Shown here: one piece after another, positions 52,406-62,283 of the stretch | Numbering within the stretch: position 1 is the stretch's first letter | Layout: each line of letters opens with the position of its first letter | Assembly: GCA_032718475.1 (NCBI GenBank) | Contig: JAUCBJ010007430.1 | Location: forward strand, 1 to 64,000 | DNA length: 64,000 nt | Source: Nemertoderma westbladi | Taxonomy: Eukaryota; Animalia; Xenacoelomorpha | Direction of reading: 5' to 3' | The notes under the pieces: model-generated | What the model saw: only the letters and a program-made list of their open reading frames with translations | Told to the model about the DNA's origin: nothing | The model's database searches: none | Program-made: the position numbers and the translations under genes

Positions 52406-53273
52406 CCGCTCCATGAAAACAGGATATTATCGTGCATAAAATATACGGTTTTCACCAATAATCAATCAAATTATAGAATACTTGGGGCGTACTTACATAT
52501 TTACAAATTAAATTTCAAACAATACTTCCTTTCTACATAATGATTCGATACAAAATAATTACAAATTCAAACCTTACATATTTAAGGCTTTACTAAGTAA
52601 GTACAATATAAATCTAAATTAAATTCACCAATATAAATCTATTGCATCTCAATATTGCATAAATTCAAACAATTACAAATACAAATAAATGAAAATCATA
52701 AGAAAGGCTCGCGAGTCTTCCATCTACTATTGCATCTCAAATATTGCATAAATTCAAATAATTACAAATACTTTCGTGCCTAAATGTAGATTGCATGAGT
52801 TCGGAATAATTACAAATATGAGTCTTTCTAAGTACAAAACTTTCTAACTATTTTCTAACTATTTTCTAACTAACTAATTTCTAACTAACTTTCTAAATAC
52901 AAATATAACACTTTACAAATGAAACTATAAGAAAGGCCCACGAGTCTTCCATCTACTCTTACTTTCTATTTCACTGTAAATACAAATACTGCTTATAAGA
53001 TATAAATTGCATAGTATTCGGAACAATATAAATTGCATAAGTTCGGAATAATCACAAATATAAAATATAAATCTTGCAAAATATAACTTCCTTCTAAATA
53101 TAAATCTTACTAAATATAAATCTTACTAAATATAAATCTTACTAAATATAAATCTTACTAAATATGAGTTTTTCCAGAATACAAAACTTACTAAATATAA
53201 AACATATAATTCAAATAAATCACAAATTCACAAGAAAGGCTCACGAGTCTTCCGTCCACCCTTGCCCTCCCTT

Positions 53274-56200
53274 TTATCGTTTAGTAGATCGAGCCCTGCC
53301 GCGTCCTCGAAAACTGCGCACAGGTGACTTTGCTCGCGATATGGGACTCGTGGGGCGAGTCACTGGTTTCGCTTGGACGTTGGGAGACGGTGCGACCGTT
53401 TCCTCACAAATTCGTCTATTTGGCATCCCAAAACCTTGACCGATTCCTCGTGACCGATCAGTTGTCACTACAGTTGGTAAAACGTCTGGGAACGTGCGGG
53501 AAGCGGACGACGCAGACCCAAGAGTAGCTTGCGCCCCCTTTTGATCAGCTGGTGTATGTCCCGATCCTCCTGTTGGTTCTCTAGGAAGCGATACCGTATC
53601 CCGAGTAATTCGGATGGTCGGCTCAACTCCCTTGCGTTCTTCTATATTAATAGACTTCTTTAATTGTTGGCTCACTTTCTGGACCCTTATGATCCTACCC
53701 TGTCCGTCCTCCCGAGGGTGACGTGCAGACGGCGCAACCGGAGTGGCTGGTATGTTTGTCGCCTCTAGGATCTCCTCTTCCTCGAATACGCTCGCTCGTA
53801 TACGTTTGTGGTAAAACGCGGCTCGGTATGCCCATGCGACGGTTAACCAAGCTCCCTTATTCCGCTTTTCAGTTCGGAAACGATCAAATTCACCATACGT
53901 GATACGATTTACGACTTTCTGAAAATTCCACGTGTTCTTGTTGTCTGGGTGAATTTGTAATAGATACTCGCGCACTACTCGGAATCCACTGTCGTGAGGC
54001 AAAATATCGACTACCTCGATAAGTTCGTCATATTGGGGCATAGCGGAGATGTATCCTTCCGACATCATCGTTTGGGGATTTACCGCCCAAAATCCAAGAT
54101 GCGCCCTCATCGGAAATCGTCTTCTTTGTGCCGATACATGTTCATCGGCTAAATCTTCCCACTCATCGAATAGTTTTCTCACGAGTTTTACAGATTCGTG
54201 TTCATAAGGTATGTCTCTTAGTTGGCATTCAGATGCTCGATGCCCTTTTATATTGCAATAAGTACATTGAGCCATAAATCTCCAGCAAGTATAAAAGGTA
54301 TGAGACCCTTGATCTCCACACCATCCACAGATTAGTTGAGTCGTAGTAATGTGCTTTCCACTGCACTTGGTCAAATGATGTCCAGCGACGCCACATTTAC
54401 CACACATCGTATTGGCAGGGTACCACACTCGTTTGTATATAAGATCTCCAATTGGTCGAGCGCTTCCTCCCACACTATAATCATAATCATCTGGATCTAT
54501 GGGTTGGTAAGTTTCTGAAGGTTGTATGCAAACTACAGCATCTGTTGCTTCAAGTTGTCGAATCTCCGTCTGAGATTTCTTCGGGAGGTTCCTTTCTATC
54601 TCAAGAAGTTCCTCTAAAGGATCGTCAGTGATCGTAGTAGTTACTTCGAAATCATCACCAAGGTGACCGATAGGCGCACGCGTCTGCCGTGATTCATCCA
54701 TAACCTCCACGATACGTTCTCCTTCATAGGGTAACAATGTAAACATAGATGGTCTTTCGATAAGAGATCCCGCACAGCGAAGATACACGTCTCGAAATAT
54801 ACTAAATCCTGCTCGAGTAAAGGCATTACACTGAGCGTCGGAGTTGTAGAAGGGTTCAAAAAATCGTCTAAACACGTCGGTATGAATTCTCCCTTCCATG
54901 TAGAACGTATGATCTTCTCCGAGACAAAGTGGATGTCTTTTAAGAGTCCGAGACACAATGTCGGCGATTAAGCAAACATTCACTGACGACTCTATTGCTA
55001 AATAATATTGTAGGACCGATCTTGGAGGTGACGTAATAGCCCAATACACGCATCCTCTCCATTTGAGCTGTGATTCAAACTCACTCATATCTGGAGTATC
55101 ACCTTCTCCATAAGTCTCAATATACTTGGCTCTCTTACTTTCCTTATAATCCCAATTGAATAACAAGTAGGAAATGTATCCAGTTCCAGTCTTCTGAGTA
55201 TTATACTCACGAAAATATCCCTGTTCTATAGACCACAAAATAAGAGGTCGAGTGTCGACGTACGGTGTCGGTAGTCGGTCATCGCTGTCCGTCATGCCGG
55301 CGAAGTCGCTAATTAAGTCCTCTCTTACTCCTGATCCAATCTTTACAACAGTTTTATCTAAAATCATATTTCTTACCATCTTCGGTAACATTCTAGCGTC
55401 GATATTACAAGCTTGGTCCATCTTCTTTACTATGTCAGTGATGAGATGGTGTCGCTTTGTATTTGCTGGAGGTATCGGCATTCGTTTGTCGCTCCTCTGT
55501 CTACTGAAAACGTGCAAGACTCCGTCCGCCGCTCTAATTTGTATAGTCTTAGAAGTCAAACTCTGTTGATGACTACCGCCCTCGTTATCGTAAAACATGT
55601 AACCATTTTCCTGAAACGATCTAAACGTTCTATTCCATTCGTCCAACAATTCTTCCGAAGGTTGCCAAATCTTCTCTATGTCCTTATCATCTTCGAAACG
55701 AATAACCTTACCTCGCCAATCCGCGGCAATATCTGTATCCGACTCGAAGGTTCCAGTTCCAATCCATAAACGAATCGTTCTGGTTAGATATCCTTTCAAA
55801 TTACTCGGAGCTATATCAGCACCAGCTCTATCCAGTTCCTTAAAGTCTTGAATATGAGGTGGAACGTTATACACGACCTTTTGAGTAATATGTCTACGTA
55901 AATCATATATCTTACTCATATCGCTGAAAACAACTGCAGGAAGGAACTCCAAGTTTGAAATGATTTCTGGATGATCCACGATGGGTATTTCGTACGTCGT
56001 ATCCTGTCGGACTGGTATACTAATAGGAAAATTGAGTGTCGTACTCAATGGTTTCGTAGTCAAAGTACTATATGGTTGCATTTCTCTTGTCCTCTCCGGG
56101 GATGCAATCTGTAGTCTCTGAATAACGTTTTGAGCAAAGTTTATGCTCTCGAAAACTTCCGGTGTCATCTCCTTAGCTGGAGTTTGATCGTGTGACGTCC

Positions 56201-56999
56201 AATGGTAAGGTAGGCTCGCGAGTCTTCCGCCCCATTCTTCCATCTCACCTTTCTCGAAAGCCTTGTAGGCTCTGTATAGGCTAAGAGCTTCTTTCTTTTC
56301 GCGGGTTGACTGATTCGCCTCGTCCAGCGTAAGTTCAAATGCATCGGGTTCAACAACCTTAGGTGGGTAAACGACAGTTTCTCCCGCCTTTGGTCCAGTC
56401 ATAGCAAACGAATGATATGGATTTGATAAAGGATACCCTCCTTCCTGGTAGCGTAGTTGTTGATGGTTCGAACACCTCGCCAATATCGGTTCAGGATTTT
56501 CCTTATTCAAACGCATTGGAATCGCATTTCGTTGTTCGCGCATACAAGAACCGCATTGATAATAAAGTTTATAAACTGAAAATGCTTCCTTTGTTTCTCT
56601 ATCGTCCCCTCGAGTTCGTCTGTAAAGGTGCATTCCATCGAATTCATCTCGTACCGCGGGCATATGTTCGTGCGCCTTTAGGTATTGCATGGTATGATAC
56701 AAACGACTAATTTCAGTATCGGGGTCTTCGCTAATGTCTCCCGTATCACACAAAGCGTCGTACGGGTAAAGTTCATTAAAGGTTTTGCGCAAACTTTCGA
56801 TTCTTTCATTTAATGCGTTTTGCCTTCTCTTTAATACATTCGAGTCATATTTAGTTCTCGCGAGTTTCGCAGTACTTTCTGATAATTCTTTTATACCAAA
56901 TATAGTGTAGTCTTTGGCTCCAAATCTCTCGAATGGCGCTGCTGCTTCCTCTTGGATATCATATCCCCATCTCGGCTCTCCATGTATCTCCTTCTCCAT
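53274..56999 (-). CDS. Retrotransposon accessory ORF3 (1241 aa from the first ATG): CxxC-CxxH motif, DEDDy/WRN-Mut7-like 3'-5' exonuclease, 3 CCHC knuckles, RG-rich tail
   Basis: Uninterrupted frame (open from at least 57107). FYDNEG..TIQI..LPKMVRNMILDKTVVKIGSGVREDL..YVDT..W..LQYYLAIES; CGKCGVAGHHLTKC, CGWCGDQGSHTFYTC, CTYCNIKGHRASEC. Homologs in A and B. Confidence 0.85.
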   Translation of the reverse strand: MEKEIHGEPRWGYDIQEEAAAPFERFGAKDYTIFGIKELSESTAKLARTKYDSNVLKRRQNALNERIESLRKTFNELYPYDALCDTGDISEDPDTEISRLYHTMQYLKAHEHMPAVRDEFDGMHLYRRTRGDDRETKEAFSVYKLYYQCGSCMREQRNAIPMRLNKENPEPILARCSNHQQLRYQEGGYPLSNPYHSFAMTGPKAGETVVYPPKVVEPDAFELTLDEANQSTREKKEALSLYRAYKAFEKGEMEEWGGRLASLPYHWTSHDQTPAKEMTPEVFESINFAQNVIQRLQIASPERTREMQPYSTLTTKPLSTTLNFPISIPVRQDTTYEIPIVDHPEIISNLEFLPAVVFSDMSKIYDLRRHITQKVVYNVPPHIQDFKELDRAGADIAPSNLKGYLTRTIRLWIGTGTFESDTDIAADWRGKVIRFEDDKDIEKIWQPSEELLDEWNRTFRSFQENGYMFYDNEGGSHQQSLTSKTIQIRAADGVLHVFSRQRSDKRMPIPPANTKRHHLITDIVKKMDQACNIDARMLPKMVRNMILDKTVVKIGSGVREDLISDFAGMTDSDDRLPTPYVDTRPLILWSIEQGYFREYNTQKTGTGYISYLLFNWDYKESKRAKYIETYGEGDTPDMSEFESQLKWRGCVYWAITSPPRSVLQYYLAIESSVNVCLIADIVSRTLKRHPLCLGEDHTFYMEGRIHTDVFRRFFEPFYNSDAQCNAFTRAGFSIFRDVYLRCAGSLIERPSMFTLLPYEGERIVEVMDESRQTRAPIGHLGDDFEVTTTITDDPLEELLEIERNLPKKSQTEIRQLEATDAVVCIQPSETYQPIDPDDYDYSVGGSARPIGDLIYKRVWYPANTMCGKCGVAGHHLTKCSGKHITTTQLICGWCGDQGSHTFYTCWRFMAQCTYCNIKGHRASECQLRDIPYEHESVKLVRKLFDEWEDLADEHVSAQRRRFPMRAHLGFWAVNPQTMMSEGYISAMPQYDELIEVVDILPHDSGFRVVREYLLQIHPDNKNTWNFQKVVNRITYGEFDRFRTEKRNKGAWLTVAWAYRAAFYHKRIRASVFEEEEILEATNIPATPVAPSARHPREDGQGRIIRVQKVSQQLKKSINIEERKGVEPTIRITRDTVSLPREPTGGSGHTPADQKGAQATLGSASSASRTFPDVLPTVVTTDRSRGIGQGFGMPNRRICEETVAPSPNVQAKPVTRPTSPISRAKSPVRSFRGRGRARSTKR

Positions 57000-57661
57000 A
57001 ATTAGAGGTGTAGTTACATAATCATTACTACTAGAGGGAATACAACAGAGTTTGTAGTTAGTTGTGAGGAGACGTGAGAGTTTTCGTCTGCCCTTTTGGC
57101 TCGACAACGCTCTAACCTCCTACCCATAGCCTAAGATCTAGGGTTTCTTTAATGACACGCTGCTTCTTATCTAAAATTTTTTGCCGAAATAAAAACGAAT
57201 TTGGGCTAAACTGGCTGTGAGTCTAAAATACTCACTTTTTGATCCCAAACTATTATCAGAAAATAAGCAGTCAAGAATTAGTAATAAATATAGGGAAGTC
57301 TATTTATTGACGTAACTTATTGAAACAAGACCGTGTAAAATTTAATTAAAATTTTAAGAAAGGCTCGCAAGTCTTCCTCTCTTGTTTCTCTAATTTTTAA
57401 GTTCCACCCGACTGTACCCTGAAATCTATTCACTGGAGAAAATTTTAAAAATTTTCAAATCCAAATGGATTGTCTAAAATTTCGAAAATGTCTCAATATT
57501 GTGAGTTCCAAGTAGAATTCCATTTCTTATACCTACAAATCCCGCTCCTATGTGACACATAAGGGTACTACCCTCAATGTTCACATATAAAGACAATGGA
57601 ATTCTACCGCTGTCCTTACTACGGTGTACAGGTACGTGGAAATCTATTTGTAAACTCCTAA

Positions 57662-60600
57662 TTATGTACTAATATTAGTTGGAGATTTGTAGTCTCCAGA
57701 CTCGTTACGAGTCTCTTCAAGAAGTACGAGACGTTGAGTCGGTCTGTCTACTGTACGACCGTCAATTGTCCGTACTGTCACAGTTCTTGTTACTCCATCC
57801 ATAGATGGATGTGTGTCTAAAATTACACCTCTTATCCAGAAGCATCTTTTTAGATTCACTTCCGCTAACAGCACGTGATCTCCCGGCTTTAATGCGCGGG
57901 TGTTATTGTACCAAGTTGTTCTGGCAGAAATAGAGGGCAAATAATGGTTTTGCCATATTTCCCAGAATTTGTTAGCTAGTAGTTGCGTGATTTTCCACGC
58001 TTCTCTACCATAGCTATCGCCTTCTATTGGAAAAGAAATAGGCGTCAAAGTAGTCGGTGCCTGCATTAGCAGGTGTGCCGGTGTTAAAGCAAACTGGGAT
58101 TGTTTGTCATCGGGTACTAATACTATTGGTCTAGTATTTAGTATTGCCTCGATTTCAACAAACAGTGTTGTCAGTTGGTCGTCTGTCAAAATGTGGTTTA
58201 CTGGAATGAACTTTGCCATTGCCGTTTTTATAGATCTAATCAATCTCTCCCAGACTCCGCCTCTCCATGGACTATCTGGAGGATTAAACTTCCAAACAAT
58301 CTTGTAAGGACGTAGTTCGTTTGAGATTTGATCATGATCTAATTTCTTAAAGGCTCTAGCAATTTCATTTCGGGCACCAACAAAGTTTGTCCCTTGGTCT
58401 GAGTACAAGCATTTCACTAGTCCGCGTCTAGCGATAAATCGCCGCAATGCTAGTATAAACGCGTTGGTGGAAAGATCCATCACACGTTCAATATGAACTG
58501 CCCTACTGGACATACATGTGAAAATCAGTCCCCAGCGTTTTACTAGTATACGTCCAGGTTTCGTATGTATGGGACCAAAGCAATCAATTCCAGTCTCTGT
58601 AAAAGGTGGTCTGAATGCTTGAAGTCGTGCTTGTGGAAGTTCACTCATTTCTTGGGTACCTATTCTAGAATGTACCTTTTTACAAATAATACACGTACGT
58701 GTCACTGAACTTAGCGCTTTACTGGGTCTAATTAATACAAATCTTGTACGTAAGTAGGAAAGACAGTGGTGTCTTCCAGCGTGTTTCAGATGTAAATGTG
58801 CGTCCAGTATCATTGCACGTTGTAATTCGTGATGCTGCGGTATTATTATTGGGTATCTAAAGTTTGTGTTAAAGTCAATGTTTTGAAGCCGAGATTTATG
58901 ACAAATTAAGCCATTATAAATTATCGGACTCCAACTCAATATTGGTGACGACTTGATTGGTTGACCTTGACTTATAGATGTGAATTCGCGTGCGAAATAT
59001 CGCAGTTGGTAATGGCGAATTAATTTAATTTCACACCTGTCAATCTCAGTCAATGTAAGTCGACGTGTAAAGTCTCGTTTGCCTTTAACGTATTGTACAA
59101 AACGTACAATCCACGCTAATTTTCGGCAAGCGTTTGTCCAAGAATCTGTTAAGTTTACAATATGGTCGACGTAAGTATTTGTGACGTCATCAGGTAAGTC
59201 AATGGAGAATTTGGAAGGTTTTGATTTACTAGAAGGGCCCACGGGTCCGCCGGTAGGTATTCCCTTGTTGACTGTTAATCCGTCCGGGTCTACAAGTAAT
59301 TTGTCCTTCTTTGTTTTCTTACCTTAATTGTCGGTACTTTGTAAGTCGATCGTTAATGGTGGTTTGAACTCTATGGGGTCAGTGGGTTTCGGTAAACTTA
59401 TTTTTCTGCCGTTATTAATCCCGGGTCTCACCATAGGTTGCAAGTTTGGTATGTCTCTTGAGCACAAAGTAACACCTGTATTTACATTAGCGTAGGTACT
59501 ACCCACATCTGTAATACATGAGGTTTCACTGTGCTTATTGTTGCTCAAGTGTGTCAAATTTGGTAGTTTGTCAATACAAGGCCGCTCCAATAGGGAAACT
59601 GCGGCTTTACTATTTGTCAATATGTTACTAGTGTCTGGTAGAACATTTTGTGATATGTCTGGCAAAATGTTTCGCGGAACATCCGGCGAAATATTTTGTG
59701 ACGTGTCTGGCAAAACGTCTGGTTGACCGTCTAGTAACGCGTCTGGCGATATGTCTGGTGTAGAAAGGCTCGCAAGTCTTCCGTTCTTGACCTTTGAAGT
59801 TATATCTTTCCATTTCGCCTTCGGTTTTTTCTTAAGTTTAGCCGTCGTCGTTTTCTTTGCCTTCCCTTTCTTTGGTTTTTTAATTTCGGCGTCTTTAGGG
59901 ATATTGTTAGACTTGTTGTCGTATAGTGGCGGCCAATGTAGTGTTTATCTTTGCAAGAATTGTGGTCCGTGCTGCCAAAATTCTTTGTTCTCCGGTTTAC
60001 AGAATTCCTCGGGCATCATTCCTCGTGACGCAATATCGGCTGGGTTTTGTGGTCCGGGACAATGTCGCCAATCTTCCTTTATTGAACGGTCTAGAATTTC
60101 TGCGTGACGGTTAGCTACGAATTTCTTGAATTCAAGTGTGTCGTTGTTTATGTAAAATAAAACCAACGTCGCGTCAGTCCAATAAAATATCTGTAAACTT
60201 GACTGTAGTTCCGTCTGTATAAGGTTCACGATTGTGGTTGACAGGGTTGCGGCTTGTAGCTCAGCGCGTGGTGTCGTCATATACTTAGTAGGCATGGTCT
60301 TAGCCTTAGAAGTAATGAGCGAAACATCAAACTCGTCTGAGTCTACTTGTCTGCGTAAATACGCTGCCACACCAAAGCCGTTGTCACTGGCGTCGGAGAA
60401 ACAATGTAATTCCAAGTTGTCAGGAAACGTCGTTTGTAATGGAAAGTACACTCTGGGTATGGAATAATCCTCTAGTGAAGATAATTCTGCCTCCCAGGTT
60501 TTCCATAAGTCTACTTGTTCTGATGAGATCGGCTCGTCCCATGTCAGTCCATCCTTCCAAATACTGCGCATATAAATTCTGGCTTGCAGTATTATTGGGC

Positions 60601-62283
60601 TGATGAATCCTAATGGATCGAACAATCGACTCAATTTTGACAAGCAGGATCTCTTTGTCAGAGTGTTTTCTTGAGTGTCCAGTCTCACCTTCACTCGAAA
60701 GTTGTCCGTGTTTGGGTCCCAAAAGAGCCCCAACACCTTGGTCGTCGGTAGTGGTTCGAACTCTAGGTCAATGTCACCACCTCCACGCTCAGTCGTTCCG
60801 AATGAGTCTACCAATTCAGCACTGTTTGAGGCGAATTTGGTGAGGTTAAAACCTCCGCCCGCTAAGCAGTCCCGTAATTGATGTGCTACTGTAATAGCAC
60901 GTTCTACTGTGTCACAACTCTGTAAACCATCGTCCACGTAAAAGTCACGTTCTACGATCTTGATTATCTCTGGGTCATATATATGTTTCTGATCCCTAGC
61001 GGCTTGCTTTAGGGCGTACATCGTACAGTTTGGGCTGTCCCTGGCACCGAAAACGCGAACTTGCATTTGGTAAGTCGCCGGTGGTAGACTTAAGTCTCCT
61101 TCCGGGTACCAGAGGAACCTCAAACTGTCTCTGTCTCGCTCTAACGCTCGCACTTGGTGAAACATAGCTTCGACGTCACAAGTAAAGGCTACTTGACGCT
61201 GACGGAAGCGCATAATCACCCCCATAAGATAATTATTCATGTTTGGTCCATCCATTAACTCACTATTGAGGGACATTCCCTCAAATAGAGCCGCGCAGTC
61301 ATTGACTACACGTACTTTGTCTGGTTTGTCGGGGTGTCTCACTTAGTGATGTGGCAAGTAGTATGTCTGGTCAGTCACAATCTCTGGGTTAGTCATTCTG
61401 ATAGCGTATCCCTTCGTTAAATACGTCTCCATCTGAGTATTATACTGCAGATGGGCTTTCTCGTCCTTTAATAGACGTTGTCGTATTGAGTGTAAACGTC
61501 TTAAGGCTAGCGGATAGTTATTTATAAGTTTAGGACGTTGGTTACGCCATAGCATCCCTACCTCATAATGTCCGTCTTTCGTCTGGCGGATAGTATCTTC
61601 CATGATCTTCAAAGATTGTTTCTCTTGTTCCGACATGCATGGTTCGTAGCTACCAGGTTCGGCTGTATCTTGTTCTAACCACCTGATAGTCTTCTCCGTT
61701 AATTCTTTGTCCAGTGCAGCTTGTTCCACTTGATGATTTCTTAACGCGTCGTCATCGATATCGACGGGCATTGTTGAGGTTATTGGTGTAGGTAGACTCG
61801 CAAGCCTTCCGGCGTTATCATCTGTCGTCGATGGAATCTCTGGCTGACTCGTCTTCTTCCCAAGTTCTAAACTCACCTGGTGGATTAGCTGCTCCTTGTG
61901 ACTTATCATACTTCTCGCTACACACGTCGTGTCATGTTTTGTCGAATGTAGTGTAGTATGGTCTAGGTCGTGTGAAAAGGAATGAGTCGAAGTTGTAGTT
62001 AATAAACTACATGTACTTTGTATATCGTCTTCTCGTCACTTATATCCAGTGTGCGCACAGGCGCTCGAGTATACCACCCTATCGGCGTTCTACAGGCGTA
62101 TGCGTTTCCCGCTACGACTGCCGATGGTCTGGTTTCCCACACTTGATGTAGGTTGAATTGATCTGTCCCGATCAGCATTGCTACCGATCTATAATTGACA
62201 GGACATTCAGGTACACCAAGGTGTCTGAAATACTTACGGTCCTCTAGAGATTGCTCTGGGACAGGACCTAGTAGGTTACAAAG
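57662..62283 (-). pseudogene. pol: pol of E (PR C-terminus, RT, RH, linker, IN) with stops/frameshifts
   Basis: ORFs 61343-61909, 59945-61342 (FYVDD, FSDAS), 59324-59713 and 57662-59242 (HAG..CIIC, GIDCFGP, SDQGTNF, GGVWERL). Confidence 0.95.

Noticed and set aside
53274-57107. ORF3 as an env gene or as a host gene
   Set aside because: No signal peptide, TM helix or fusion-protein Cys pattern is visible. It is intronless and sits at the same position in three retrotransposon copies.
57000-57107. TTG start giving 1277 aa
   Set aside because: Non-ATG start from a prokaryote-style ORF caller. The first ATG is at 56999; a spliced start remains possible.
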